Below the pieces are notes generated by a model. That model had not been told where the DNA came from. It did no database searches and was given only the letters and a program-made list of their open reading frames with translations. The position numbers and the translations under genes are program-made. From Octopus bimaculoides (Eukaryota), in the NCBI RefSeq assembly GCF_001194135.2, contig NC_068989.1:33670349-33708131 (forward strand): a stretch of 37,783 bases of DNA, given 5' to 3'. Of this stretch, positions 24,018 through 34,175 are shown one piece after another (position 1 is the stretch's first letter; every line of letters begins with the position of its first letter).

Positions 24018-25246
24018 CTAGCAGAAATACCCGGCGTTGCCCGGGTTAAAGAGAATAATGAAATCTAAAAACGCCGTCTAGACTACGCATCATCTTTATA
24101 TATAGAGATGTATATACACACACGCACCCAAACACACGTATATATATGTATATCAATATAAATATATGAAAGTCAATGAAGTTTCGTAAAAGAAGGTGAT
24201 CATGTACATACTTTCTTGCTGTTGTGATTATAACACCTCATTGTAAACTATGTTCCTTGTTTTCCCTTGTGGAGCATATACAAATAGGTTTTTTGTTGCT
24301 GCCCACTCTTGAGCAGCCAACATACAGTTGTCCATGTGAGAAGTAGGGCTCTTNNNNNNNNNNNNNNNNNNNNNNNNNNNNNNNNNNNNNNNNNNNNNNN
24401 NNNNNNNNNNNNNNNNNNNNNNNNNNNNNNNNNNNNNNNNNNNNNNNNNNNNNNNNNNNNNNNNNNNNNNNNNNNNNNNNNNNNNNNNNNNNNNNNNNNN
24501 NNNNNNNNNNNNNNNNNNNNNNNNNNNNNNNNNNNNNNNNNNNNNNNNNNNNNNNNNNNNNNNNNNNNNNNNNNNNNNNNNNNNNNNNNNNNNNNNNNNN
24601 NNNNNNNNNNNNNNNNNNNNNNNNNNNNNNNNNNNNNNNNNNNNNNNNNNNNNNNNNNNNNNNNNNNNNNNNNNNNNNNNNNNNNNNNNNNNNNNNNNNN
24701 NNNNNNNNNNNNNNNNNNNNNNNNNNNNNNNNNNNNNNNNNNNNNNNNNNNNNNNNNNNNNNNNNNNNNNNNNNNNNNNNNNNNNNNNNNNNNNNNNNNN
24801 NNNNNNNNNNNNNNNNNNNNNNNNNNNNNNNNNNNNNNNNNNNNNNNNNNNNNNNNNNNNNNNNNNNNNNNNNNNNNNNNNNNNNNNNNNNNNNNNNNNN
24901 NNNNNNNNNNNNNNNNNNNNNNNNNNNNNNNNNNNNNNNNNNNNNNNNNNNNNNNNNNNNNNNNNACTACAGTATCGAAATGTGATTGTATCAGTTAGTG
25001 GAATAGTTTCATTTTTAAAGTGAAAGTATTTGACATGAGTGTTTTTGTTTCACTTTTGACACGTAATACTTAAATAGTGGAGGAGATATTATGTTGCCGT
25101 GTGCTCAAACTCTGCAAGAAGTTAATAATTTTTTTTTGACTAAAACACAACTGGAACCCTAAGTAAGGCATGTGTAAAATTTGAATGAAATTGGTTGCGT
25201 AGTTCTCGAGTTTTAGGGATTCACACACACAGACAGACAGACCGAC

Positions 25247-25279
<33 letters not shown>

Positions 25280-25305
25280 CACATTCTCATTTTTATATAT
25301 ATAGA
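24018..25305 (-). mobile_element. Non-autonomous Helitron with a RepHel helicase C-terminal remnant
   Basis: Minus strand starts A|TCTATATATATAAAAATGAG with (CTGT)n at 25305 and ends with hairpin CCCGG-GCAACG-CCGGG and CTAG|T at 24018. Helicase remnant EPYFSHGQLYVGCSRVGSN/KNLFVYAPQGKTRNIVYNEVL* at 24351-24228 with one frameshift. Linkage across gap 24354-24965 is inferred. Confidence 0.78.
25226..25282. repeat. (GACA)n microsatellite inside the Helitron 5' end
   Basis: acacacacagacagacagaccgacagatagacagacag... seen directly. Confidence 0.9.
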
Positions 25306-26309
25306 TAGAAAAAATGAAATAGAGCCATTATGTGTTTTTATTTGCCTAATGACCTTTCCTAGATACAGCAAAATTTAATTCATTGCTTTTCATAATTTAT
25401 TTAATTTGTTTTCATAATTCATTCAGTTCATTGTTTTTCATAATTTATTCAGTTCATTGGTTTTTCATAATTCTCCTGCTAAAACTACTCTACTGTCCAT
25501 TTCTCACAAATTTGGCAGCTTTGACAATCTCTCTTTATCATTCAACTAGGTTTTGCTTTCTCCAAGGTATTTTAATTTTCCTTATCTTAGAGTGTATATA
25601 CATCAATATGGAATTTATCATACTTTTTCATTTGATTTTAAAGACATTTGATACCATGAAGAATGTTTAGCCTTATCACTAAGTTCAAGCAGTTTGGTTG
25701 ATTCAGGAATTTGTTCTTATTATATGCTAAGACATTTTTTATTTTGAAGCATTCTTTCAGTATTGTTTATTTTCAATTTCCTTAATTAGAATATCCTATG
25801 TGTTTCAATTCCAATGTAAGTGTGAATATAGACTGGTTTCAAAAGTCACATGTAGCTTCTTGTTTATTGGTATATTGAAAGTGTTGTTTGGAACCCAACA
25901 TGAAGGTTCTAACAAAAATCTATAACAGGATTTTTTTGAGTATGGGTAAGTACAGTAAAATTTAAAATCATTAAAATTTTGTTTTTTTTATCACCATATA
26001 AAATCAGTTGCTAGTCAATATTTATTTGGAATAAATAACAGGTTTGTGGTAAATGACTCCAATGAAGAATATTGCACATTATTGAATTTTCAATTAAACT
26101 TGAATACATTTTCAACAAGTACACAAAGTAAAAATAACACAAAATAGTTATATGTGTATGAATTTATTTCAAAATGAAATACATTCTCCTACAAAAATAT
26201 ACTCACAAATAGTGATAAAAAGATCCACTAAAGAATTCACTACTCACTTTACAGGAAATTAAAAATTGGAAATGAAATAAATTTGAAAATAAAGTTATTA
26301 AAATTAAAT

Positions 26310-27118
26310 TCTGTATCTTTCGAGTGGGATCGTTTGCCAGTGCCCCTGGGCCGGCTTGCGGGTGACACATGAGGTTTTTCGAGCGGGATCGTTGCCAGTG
26401 CCCCTGGACTGGCTCTTGTGCGGGTGACACATGAAATCTTTCGAGCGAGATCGTTGCCGGTGCNNNNNNNNNNNNNNNNNNNNNNNNNNNNNNNNNNNNN
26501 NNNNNNNNNNNNNNNNNNNNNNNNNNNNNNNNNNNNNNNNNNNNNNNNNNNNNNNNNNNNNNNNNNNNNNNNNNNNNNNNNNNNNNNNNNNNNNNNNNNN
26601 NNNNNNNNNNNNNNNNNNNNNNNNNNNNNNNNNNNNNNNNNNNNNNNNNNNNNNNNNNNNNNNNNNNNNNNNNNNNNNNNNNNNNNNNNNNNNNNNNNNN
26701 NNNNNNNNNNNNNNNNNNNNNNNNNNNNNNNNNNNNNNNNNNNNNNNNNNNNNNNNNNNNNNNNNNNNNNNNNNNNNNNNNNNNNNNNNNNNNNNGGGAT
26801 CGTTTGCCAGTGCCCCTGGGCCGGCTTGCGGGTGACACATGAGGTTTTTCGAGCGGGATCGTTGCCAGTGCCCCTGGACTGGCTCTTGTGCGGGTGGCAC
26901 ATAAAAGACACCATTTCGAGTGTGGCCGTTTTCGTGCAGGTGACACGTAAAAGCACCCACTACACTCTCTGAGTGGTTGGCGTTAGGAAGGGCATCCAGC
27001 TGTAGAAACTCTGCGAAATTAGATTGGAGCCTGGTGTTGCCATCCGGTTTCACCAGTCCTCAGTCAAATCGTCCAACCCATGCTAGCATGGAAGGCGGAC
27101 GTTAAACGATGATGATGA
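26310..27118 (+). mobile_element. Young RTE 3'-tail retroposon copy with a CpG-rich 59/62-bp VNTR spanning a gap
   Basis: Units start tttcgag at 26318, 26377 and 26439; the array resumes after the gap; tail ...ccatgctagcatggaaggcggacgttaaacgatgatgatgat. Confidence 0.85.
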
Positions 27119-29162
27119 TACAAAAGTTAGTTAATATTTCTTTTGTGGGGAAAAAAGTAAAGCATCCTACTTTACATTATGTAATCTTCATCCACTTAAA
27201 GCGTTTCTGGTGTTGGCACTCTTGATCGTTTGTCTTTTCTGTTTTGTAGAGATATCTGAATTCAAGCAAATGTCTCTCCCACACAATTTTACTTTTCTCT
27301 CATTACATTTTGAAGGAATAACCTACTCTGAATTGTGTTGGGACATTTGCTCAGCACTATTAAAAGTTACTAAATTTTGGGGCCTCTTGCAGTTTGGGAT
27401 ATAGTAGGAAAAAAATCCTGACAGTATATTTGATATTTATATCTAACCAAGTATCACCACTGTTTATTACCTGGTCTACTACTCGTTAATAGTTCATCAT
27501 CTAACTCAATTTATTTACATCACCTGTAGAATTGTTGTAATTGTTATAAAGGGTGGTCCATTTCTGTGTATATTGTTGAGAATAAATGGACAGGAAATTA
27601 ATTAATCAGTCTGAAGTGGTTACCTAGCAAATTTCTTTTCAGCTGTTAGATTATTTCATCTGTTTTCAATTTTGATTTCTTTTTTTAATGCTTTTATTCA
27701 TTTTTACAATGAATGTGGCACATATATATGTTCTGCAAGTTTGACTATACTGACATACCAGTCAAAAAATAATATTCAGCTTTGGTTTTAGTATAGAGAC
27801 AATAATTTCCTTACCACATCATCACTGGGCCATGCTGACTTTCACCACTCTCTCTTTTTCTTGTATAAAAATTCCCACTTCACATATTTTCCATTGTTTC
27901 ACATCCTGTTTTGTAAGCTTGCCTGGCATATATTGCTGGAAGTGTCCAAGAGGAGTCTTATTTTAAATAATTTTCTTCTACATGTTGTGATATACTACTA
28001 TTTGCCTAATATGAAAATACTGATACAGCATTAAAAATTATATCTATGTTAGGATACTAGAAAGACAGAAGTCACCTATGAGTTCATTTGTGCTTTACTA
28101 ATTACTAATTTTGGTTAATTTCCTAAATCCCATTATCATAGTTCTTTTAAGAAAAAAAAAAAAAAAAAAAAGAAACCCATTATTTTATCCAGGATTGTAG
28201 AAGTCTGTATTTTGTACTCTAGTTTCTTTTGTTTATATCCTATGCAGTGATTATCCCTGACAGTTATATGAAGGATTAGAGTTGGATTAAACAAAAGAAA
28301 ATAGTCAATGGGATTCAGCTATCAAGAAGATTGTGATTGGGCCTAGTTTTTAAGTTTCCTTCCTTTTTGAAATTAGTCCACTGGTGCTGTCACTATTGGC
28401 ACAGGAATTAGTTTCACTAGTAGAAATAGAAACATTCAACTCCAAGTTTTTGTTGCATTTTTCATTTGCTGCAACAGTTTCTTCCTTCCAAAATTTCTAA
28501 AATTTGGTTTCACTCCTACTTCTTAATTGGAAGGTGCTATTAGTTTTTAAAAAGGCAAAAAATTCTGGAAATAAGAATTAAAAAATGTGAAAATTAGCCA
28601 GAACATTCGGTGAACACAAAATTCACATTATAGTAATGTCCGGCAGTATATAACAAGTATTACTACTAATGTAGTAATGAAATTTATGTTGATGTTTTGG
28701 TTTTAAAATGTTTAGGCAAATACATGTGGTAACATATGATCAAAAGTAGTCTCAGGCAGCTTACTAATGAAAGAGTTTAGTGATTGTTTTAGCTAATAAA
28801 AACAATAGATTTGACAAATTGAAGTTTAGTTAATTGGTAGAGAATTTGGGCTTTTCAGCCAACTTGGACGTAATCAGGATTATATTTCTTACTTTCCCCA
28901 CCTCAATTATCTGATTTTTTTTTTCAATATTTTGTCCGAAGCTTATTTGATTATGAGCAAATAGTTTAATGTTTTATTGCAAACTTCATTACAACAATTT
29001 TCATGCTATTTAATGTAGATAATGTGGAGGAAATTGGGGACGTATTTAAATGAGATAATTTTAATGATCTTTTGAGTACATTAAAAATATAATTGTAAAA
29101 GCATTTCTCAATGCATTCTAATTTCTTCTGATTCTGATATAGATCTTTCTCTGTTGTCATAG

Positions 29163-30148
29163 GTCATGAATTATATAAGAGTCTGAAAAATTACAGTAGA
29201 GAAAATGATATACGTAACAATAGAAAGAGAATAGTTGAGTGGCTTCAACAGCTTCCTCTTTTTTTTAATGATTGGAATGAAGATAACTTTGGAGTAGAAA
29301 ATAGTAACTGTAAGGAGTTTCAACCAGCTGAGAATAATATGAAGAGGATGCCAACACAGTGCATTTCTAATTTTCCTCTAAAAGAAAATGTTTGTGCTCA
29401 TTATGATCTCATTTCTGTATCAGAGACTTATTCAATTCATTCTGAAGTTGTCAACAGTGACTGCATTTACTCAAAAAAATGCTTGAGGAAAGAACAAAAT
29501 ACCTTTCTTTCTACAACAGCATCAAACTCCATATGCGATGTTACCAAAAGAACATTGAATCCAAGAAAACAATCAACTTCTTATAAAAGACTTCAACAGC
29601 AAATATCAAAAAGTATTGAAAAATTTAAAAAGTTCAGAGCCAAAAGAGAAAGAAATGTTTCCTCAAGTGTAAACATAACTCCAAAGAATTATGTTATTGA
29701 CTTAACTTCTCGTAAGTCAGTCTCTCTTCAGCAAGCATACACTACTGATGCATTTAGTAAAAAAAGAAAAAGCAACAAAATACTTGGAACTGAAAAATTC
29801 TTAATGAATTTGAGTGATGATAAAAGTAAAAACCAGGAGAATAAATCCAAAGTTTGGGATGACTCAAAACTGCCGAACATTGAGAGTATACAAACAAGAA
29901 GCAAGCAGAATCTGTATGAATTGAGAAGTAAGAATTCTGAAAGTGCAGTTACTTTGCCACCAGCTTTCATAGCTGGAACTCCTTTTCTAAATATACATCA
30001 TGGCCAGTTAGCAAAATACATTAAATGCAATAAAAACCAGTCATCTTTGTATGATATTCATAAGAAATTTGAAAATGGAATAGATGTTATAGACATCACT
30101 AGTGATCTTTCTTCTCAGTTTAATTTGAATAATTTTAAAAGCAGATAA
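29163..30148 (+). CDS. BRCA1: BRCA1 orthologue, large low-complexity exon (exon-11-like); 3' boundary uncertain
   Basis: Acceptor ctttctctgttgtcatAG at 29161-29162, phase 1. The frame is open from 29165 and extends the ORF-track 29339-30148 ORF by 58 codons. It contains RIVEWL (29228-29245), resembling the KVNEWF motif of vertebrate BRCA1 exon 11, and is S/K/N-rich. In-frame TAA at 30146-30148. Confidence 0.75.
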
Positions 30149-30370
30149 TTTTGTCATTAAGGGGAACATTTCCCATGAGCAATTAAATGCTAATCTGATG
30201 TACTCTACAAGATATCAAGGTATCAGGTGTCTACTCTTTGCAATATTCATGGTGAGTTTATCAACTGTTAAGCCATGAGGAATTACTTGCAAGATATACA
30301 AAAGTAACAAGAAGGACATACATATATAAGACTTACAAAGGTGTATGTATGTTTATGCATTTGTATTATA

Positions 30371-30556
30371 TCATCATCACATAACATCCATTTCCTATGC
30401 TGACATGGGTTGGACAGTTTGATAGGAGCTAGCAAGACTTGGGAACCACACCAGGCTCCATTGTCTGTTTTGACATGGTTTCTACAGCTAGATGCCCTTC
30501 CTAATGCCAACCACTTTACAGAGTGTACTGGATGCTTTTTACATAGCACCAGCACC
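30371..30556 (-). mobile_element. Older RTE 3'-tail retroposon copy
   Basis: tcatcatcac...ctatgctgacatgggttggacagtttga...ctacagctagatgcccttcctaatgccaaccactttacagagtgtactgg. Confidence 0.8.
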
Positions 30557-30946
30557 AACAGGGTTACCAAGCAACTTACAAGACAAAATTTTTTGGCTGG
30601 GGAGGCAGGTAATATAAGGCAGGGGTGGCTTTTTGCCAGTTGAGAGATTAATGGTAAAGAAGGATAAGGATAAGTGTCTTGTTGTAGAGTAGCTTCATGG
30701 ATGTCCCAGTTGGAAAAGAAAGGAGAGAAAGTTAGTAAGATAAAGAGAACAGATGAATGAGAGAGTAAGATAAAGCGAGTAATAGTGAGAGAGATGGTGG
30801 TGAAGATGTGTCAAGGGATGCTCTTGAGGGACATTGGGGGTGGTGAGAATAAGTGAGGTGATACAGAGGTTTGGAGTGGATGAGCGGGCAGGAAAGAGGT
30901 GACTAGCAAATGATGGAGAGAAATACAGGAGGGGCGGGTGGGAGGA

Positions 30947-31022
30947 GTGTCTTCTATTATAGCTCTGGACCAACCAATGCTTTGTGAGTGAATCTGATAG
31001 ACAGAAACTGCACAAAGCCCAT
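30947..31022 (+). mobile_element. Degenerate SINE body fragment
   Basis: gtgtcttctattatagctctggaccaaccaatgctttgtgagtgaatctgatagacagaaactg resembles the reverse complement of 2300-2375. Confidence 0.6.
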
Positions 31023-31514
31023 TGTGTGTATATGTGTATGTGTCTGAATGTTTACATTGTGTGCTTCACATGAAAAAGCACTGCAGACAGTGAAGTCAGT
31101 TTATATTTCCCTTTTAATATATCATCCAGTAGTTCTGCATTTTCAAAGGCAAGTGGTATGTAAGTTCTTTTACCTGAAGAATGGATGAGGGTTAGCAACA
31201 GCAAGGACAGTATTGTTTGAAAGAAAATCACTTTTTGATGTTGCTGCTACAAGCACCTTATTTCACCTTAAAATAACTACCTACAATTTTCTTATATTAG
31301 TGTTTTCATACACATAAAGTAACTCTTTTCCAAAAGTGCTGTTTTAAATGGAAGAAGTTTTAGTCAATAATTCATATACCAGGATTATACCAAAAGTAAT
31401 GCAAAGGCTGTCTTAACTTTTTTTATTAACTGACATAGGTCCTTTAAATTGCTTATGCTGGTAGAATACCTCTTCCTTTCTAGTAACTTTTCTCTTCCTT
31501 ATATAATAATAGGT

Positions 31515-32715
31515 TTCAAAGAGAAAGCAATATGCCATTACTGAGTTTTTGATGAAGGAATGGTACAATCTGTCTGACCTCTACAGAAGGTTACATGGTG
31601 TTTATAGAGATGACACCATTGACAAGAGTAATGTGCATGGATAAATAAGGAGGTTTAAAGAAAGGAAAACCAATACTGATGACAAACCACAGAGTGGGAG
31701 ACCACCAACTGTGACCTCTGACATGAATCACCAGTGAGTGGAGGAATTGGTTTGGGCAGACAGACAAGTTGCAATCTATGAGATTACTTCTCAGCTGGAT
31801 TGTGGTCAAAATGCATTACAGAAGATGGTGAAAACTTTGGGTTCAAAAGCCAGCAATTGGCAAACAAAGTCTTTGATGGTGAAAGACTTTGGGTATCAAA
31901 AAGTATGTACAAAGTGAGTACCTCAACAGCTTCCACCTGATTTACAGGAGAGAAGGGTGGAAATTTGCTCTGATCTGCTGGAGACATTTAAAAGCCAGTG
32001 AAGATATGTTTTTTTTTTATGATCTAGAAATGAAGGCTCAGTCTGTAGAATGGTGTTACATTTCTTTTCCAAAGCCCAAGAAGTTCAAAAGCCAGCAGTG
32101 GGCAAAGAAAGTCTTTGATTTTCTAGAATGTGATGTACTATGAACAGCAAGTTGTACATTGAGAAACTATTGCAGATCAGAGCAAATTTCCATCCATCTA
32201 TCCTTTAAATCAGGTGTCAGCTGCTGAGGTACTCACTTTGCACATGCTTTTTGATACCCAAAGTCTTTCACCATCTTCTGTAATGCATTTTGACCACAAT
32301 CAGTGGAGAAGTAACCTCATGGTTTGCGACTTGTCTGTCTGCACAAATCAATTTGCCCACTCATTGGTGATTAGGAAGAAGAGACCAAACAAGAATCTGA
32401 AAATGATCTACATTCACCAAGATAATGTATGACCACATCATATTTGGCAACAAATCAAAGAATCAGCAAACTGGGCCTGTCAGTGGTCCACCATCCAGCA
32501 TACTGCCTTCATCTGACATTCTGAGACTTCTATCTGTTTTTTTTTTCCCATGAAGGACAGTGTTTGGAGACAATGATTTGATGACACAGATGAGGTGAAA
32601 ATGGCTGTTAAGAATGGGTACAACAGTGCTTGCCTAATTTTTTTTAAAGAGGATTCAATTGTTACTTCAATCATGGTGCAATCACTCCTCTTGTAATGTA
32701 GATTGTGTTTTGTAA
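31515..32715 (+). mobile_element. Decayed mariner transposase with an internal inverted duplication
   Basis: KQYAITEFL...DDKPQSGRPPT...GYQKVCTK*VPQQL (WVPHEL-type motif), then HQDNV*PH and HPAYC...DFYLF (C-terminal DD34D region). 32172-32372 is an inverted copy of 31726-31978. TIRs not identified. Confidence 0.75.
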
Positions 32716-33049
32716 TACTTTTGTATAGAATAAGAATTACTCTACCAACGTGCAATTTGAACAACCGGTATCAGTTAATGATAATGTTATACCCACTTTT
32801 GTATTACTTCTGGTACAATTCTTTATAATTTATTGATATTAATTAAAAGTGTAAGCTGAAGCAAAATACTCTACTTTTCTTTTACTTCAAGAGCTATACA
32901 AACAACTCAATTTTTAGGATTTCTTATTAATCAGCTATAGCTTATTTTTTTCATTTTAAATTGTTATACATAAAATATACATATGTTGGGCTAGGTTTTT
33001 GTTAATAGTGATTTCTTTTTCTCACATAATCCCTCTCCTGATGTAACAG

Positions 33050-33127
33050 AGAAAGATGAGAAAAAAGATGGTACAGATGGTCTCAAGAGCTGTTCAGATA
33101 TTAAAGAATGCGAACCTGCTGATTTAG
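33050..33127 (+). CDS. BRCA1: Probable further BRCA1 exon
   Basis: Acceptor ccctctcctgatgtaacAG, donor TTAG|GTAATT. 78 nt, phase 1-1, open: KDEKKDGTDGLKSCSDIKECEPADL. An alternative acceptor at 33007-33008 (phase 2) is also open. Confidence 0.6.
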   Translation, partial: RKMRKKMVQMVSRAVQILKNANLLI

Positions 33128-33461
33128 GTAATTTTTAATCTCTCTCTATATATAAAAGAGTTTGTGTGCATTTAAAAACTGAGTTGCTGATTTTGACATA
33201 TGGTTACCAAATAAACTTTATTTTAATCAACATATTTTTTATGTTATCTAACAACCAGCTTTAGTTATTTGAAAGACACTGCTCTACAGCAACGAGGTTT
33301 CATTAGAAAGTGAAAATAGTTTCACACTTTCAATTTGAACCAAAATTACAAAGTGTTGCATTACAACTGATGATGTGTGAATAATGAAAGTAATGTTTTT
33401 CCGAATTAGTCACATCTGTACTATAATAAAGAAAGCTGCTTATCATCTATCTATATATATA

Positions 33462-34175
33462 TTGGGTCACCCCATAAGTAATGTGGTTTTTTCAATTGCA
33501 TGAACCAAAATTTGGAGGGGGATGGAATAAACTACCTGAATCAACTTGTTATTAAAGCAGTAGTAATTTTACCTTGTTCCTTATTCTTAGTGCAAGTTTT
33601 GAAGAGTGCAGTTCGATTTTAGCAGTTATTTTTTTTCAAACCTATGATGGAAGTGAGCATATTCGGCATACTTTGCTTTATGAGTTCAATGAAGGTAACA
33701 ATGCATTGGAAAGTGTGAGGAATATTAATGCAGAATATAGTGATCGGACAATAAGTATAAACCAGTGTCAACAGTGGTTCCAGAAATTCCAAGCTGGAAA
33801 CTACAGCCTAGAAGACTAGCCTTGTCCTGGAAGATTTGTAGAGCTTGACAAGGATGTCCTGCAAACCCTGGTGGAACAAAATCCCTTTGTAACTGTTGAG
33901 GAACTTGCAGAGAAGCTTGGATTTGGTCGTTCAACCAGTCGTTCAAGTCAGTGCTAGAACAACAAAATAATCATCTTTGGTTTCAAGGCAAAAGATGTTC
34001 TTCCATCAGGATAATGCTCGGCCACATACAGCAAAGATGACATTCCAAACGCTGGAGCAGTTTGAATGGGAAACGATGCCCCTGCCACCATATTCGCCGG
34101 ACATTGCCCCATCTGATTATCATTTATTCTGCAGTCTTCAAACTCATTTGGATGGAAAAAGTATGAATTCTGCTC
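33462..34175 (+). mobile_element. Internally deleted mariner element
   Basis: TA|TTGGGTCACCCCATAAGT TIR-like start; HIRHTLLYEF...QWFQKFQAGNYSLED*PCPGR; then HQDNARPHTA...PPYSPDIAPSDYHLF. 3' end truncated. Confidence 0.85.

Noticed and set aside
26318-26900. CRISPR-like repeat array
   Set aside because: Eukaryotic context, contiguous units without unique spacers; it is a minisatellite.
1729-26972. Long ORF-track entries containing X runs (e.g. 2610-4244, 12118-13081, 17112-18050, 24309-24998, 26203-27053)
   Set aside because: They are open only because N-gaps contain no stops; the flanks translate microsatellites or repeats.
27250-27404. Extra phase-1 BRCA1 exon after tctgttttgtAG (EISEFKQMSLPHNF...)
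   Set aside because: The acceptor is good but there is no convincing donor before the TAG stop; not needed for frame continuity.
28151-28171. Poly(A) run as a retrocopy tail
   Set aside because: No recognisable element body or TSD adjacent.
5600-28500. Minus-strand S/N/E/K-rich open stretches (about 5620-5750, 22460-22580, 28345-28490) suggesting an antisense gene
   Set aside because: They are short and stop-bounded with no consistent splice chain or recognisable domain; expected by chance on purine-rich AT-rich strands.
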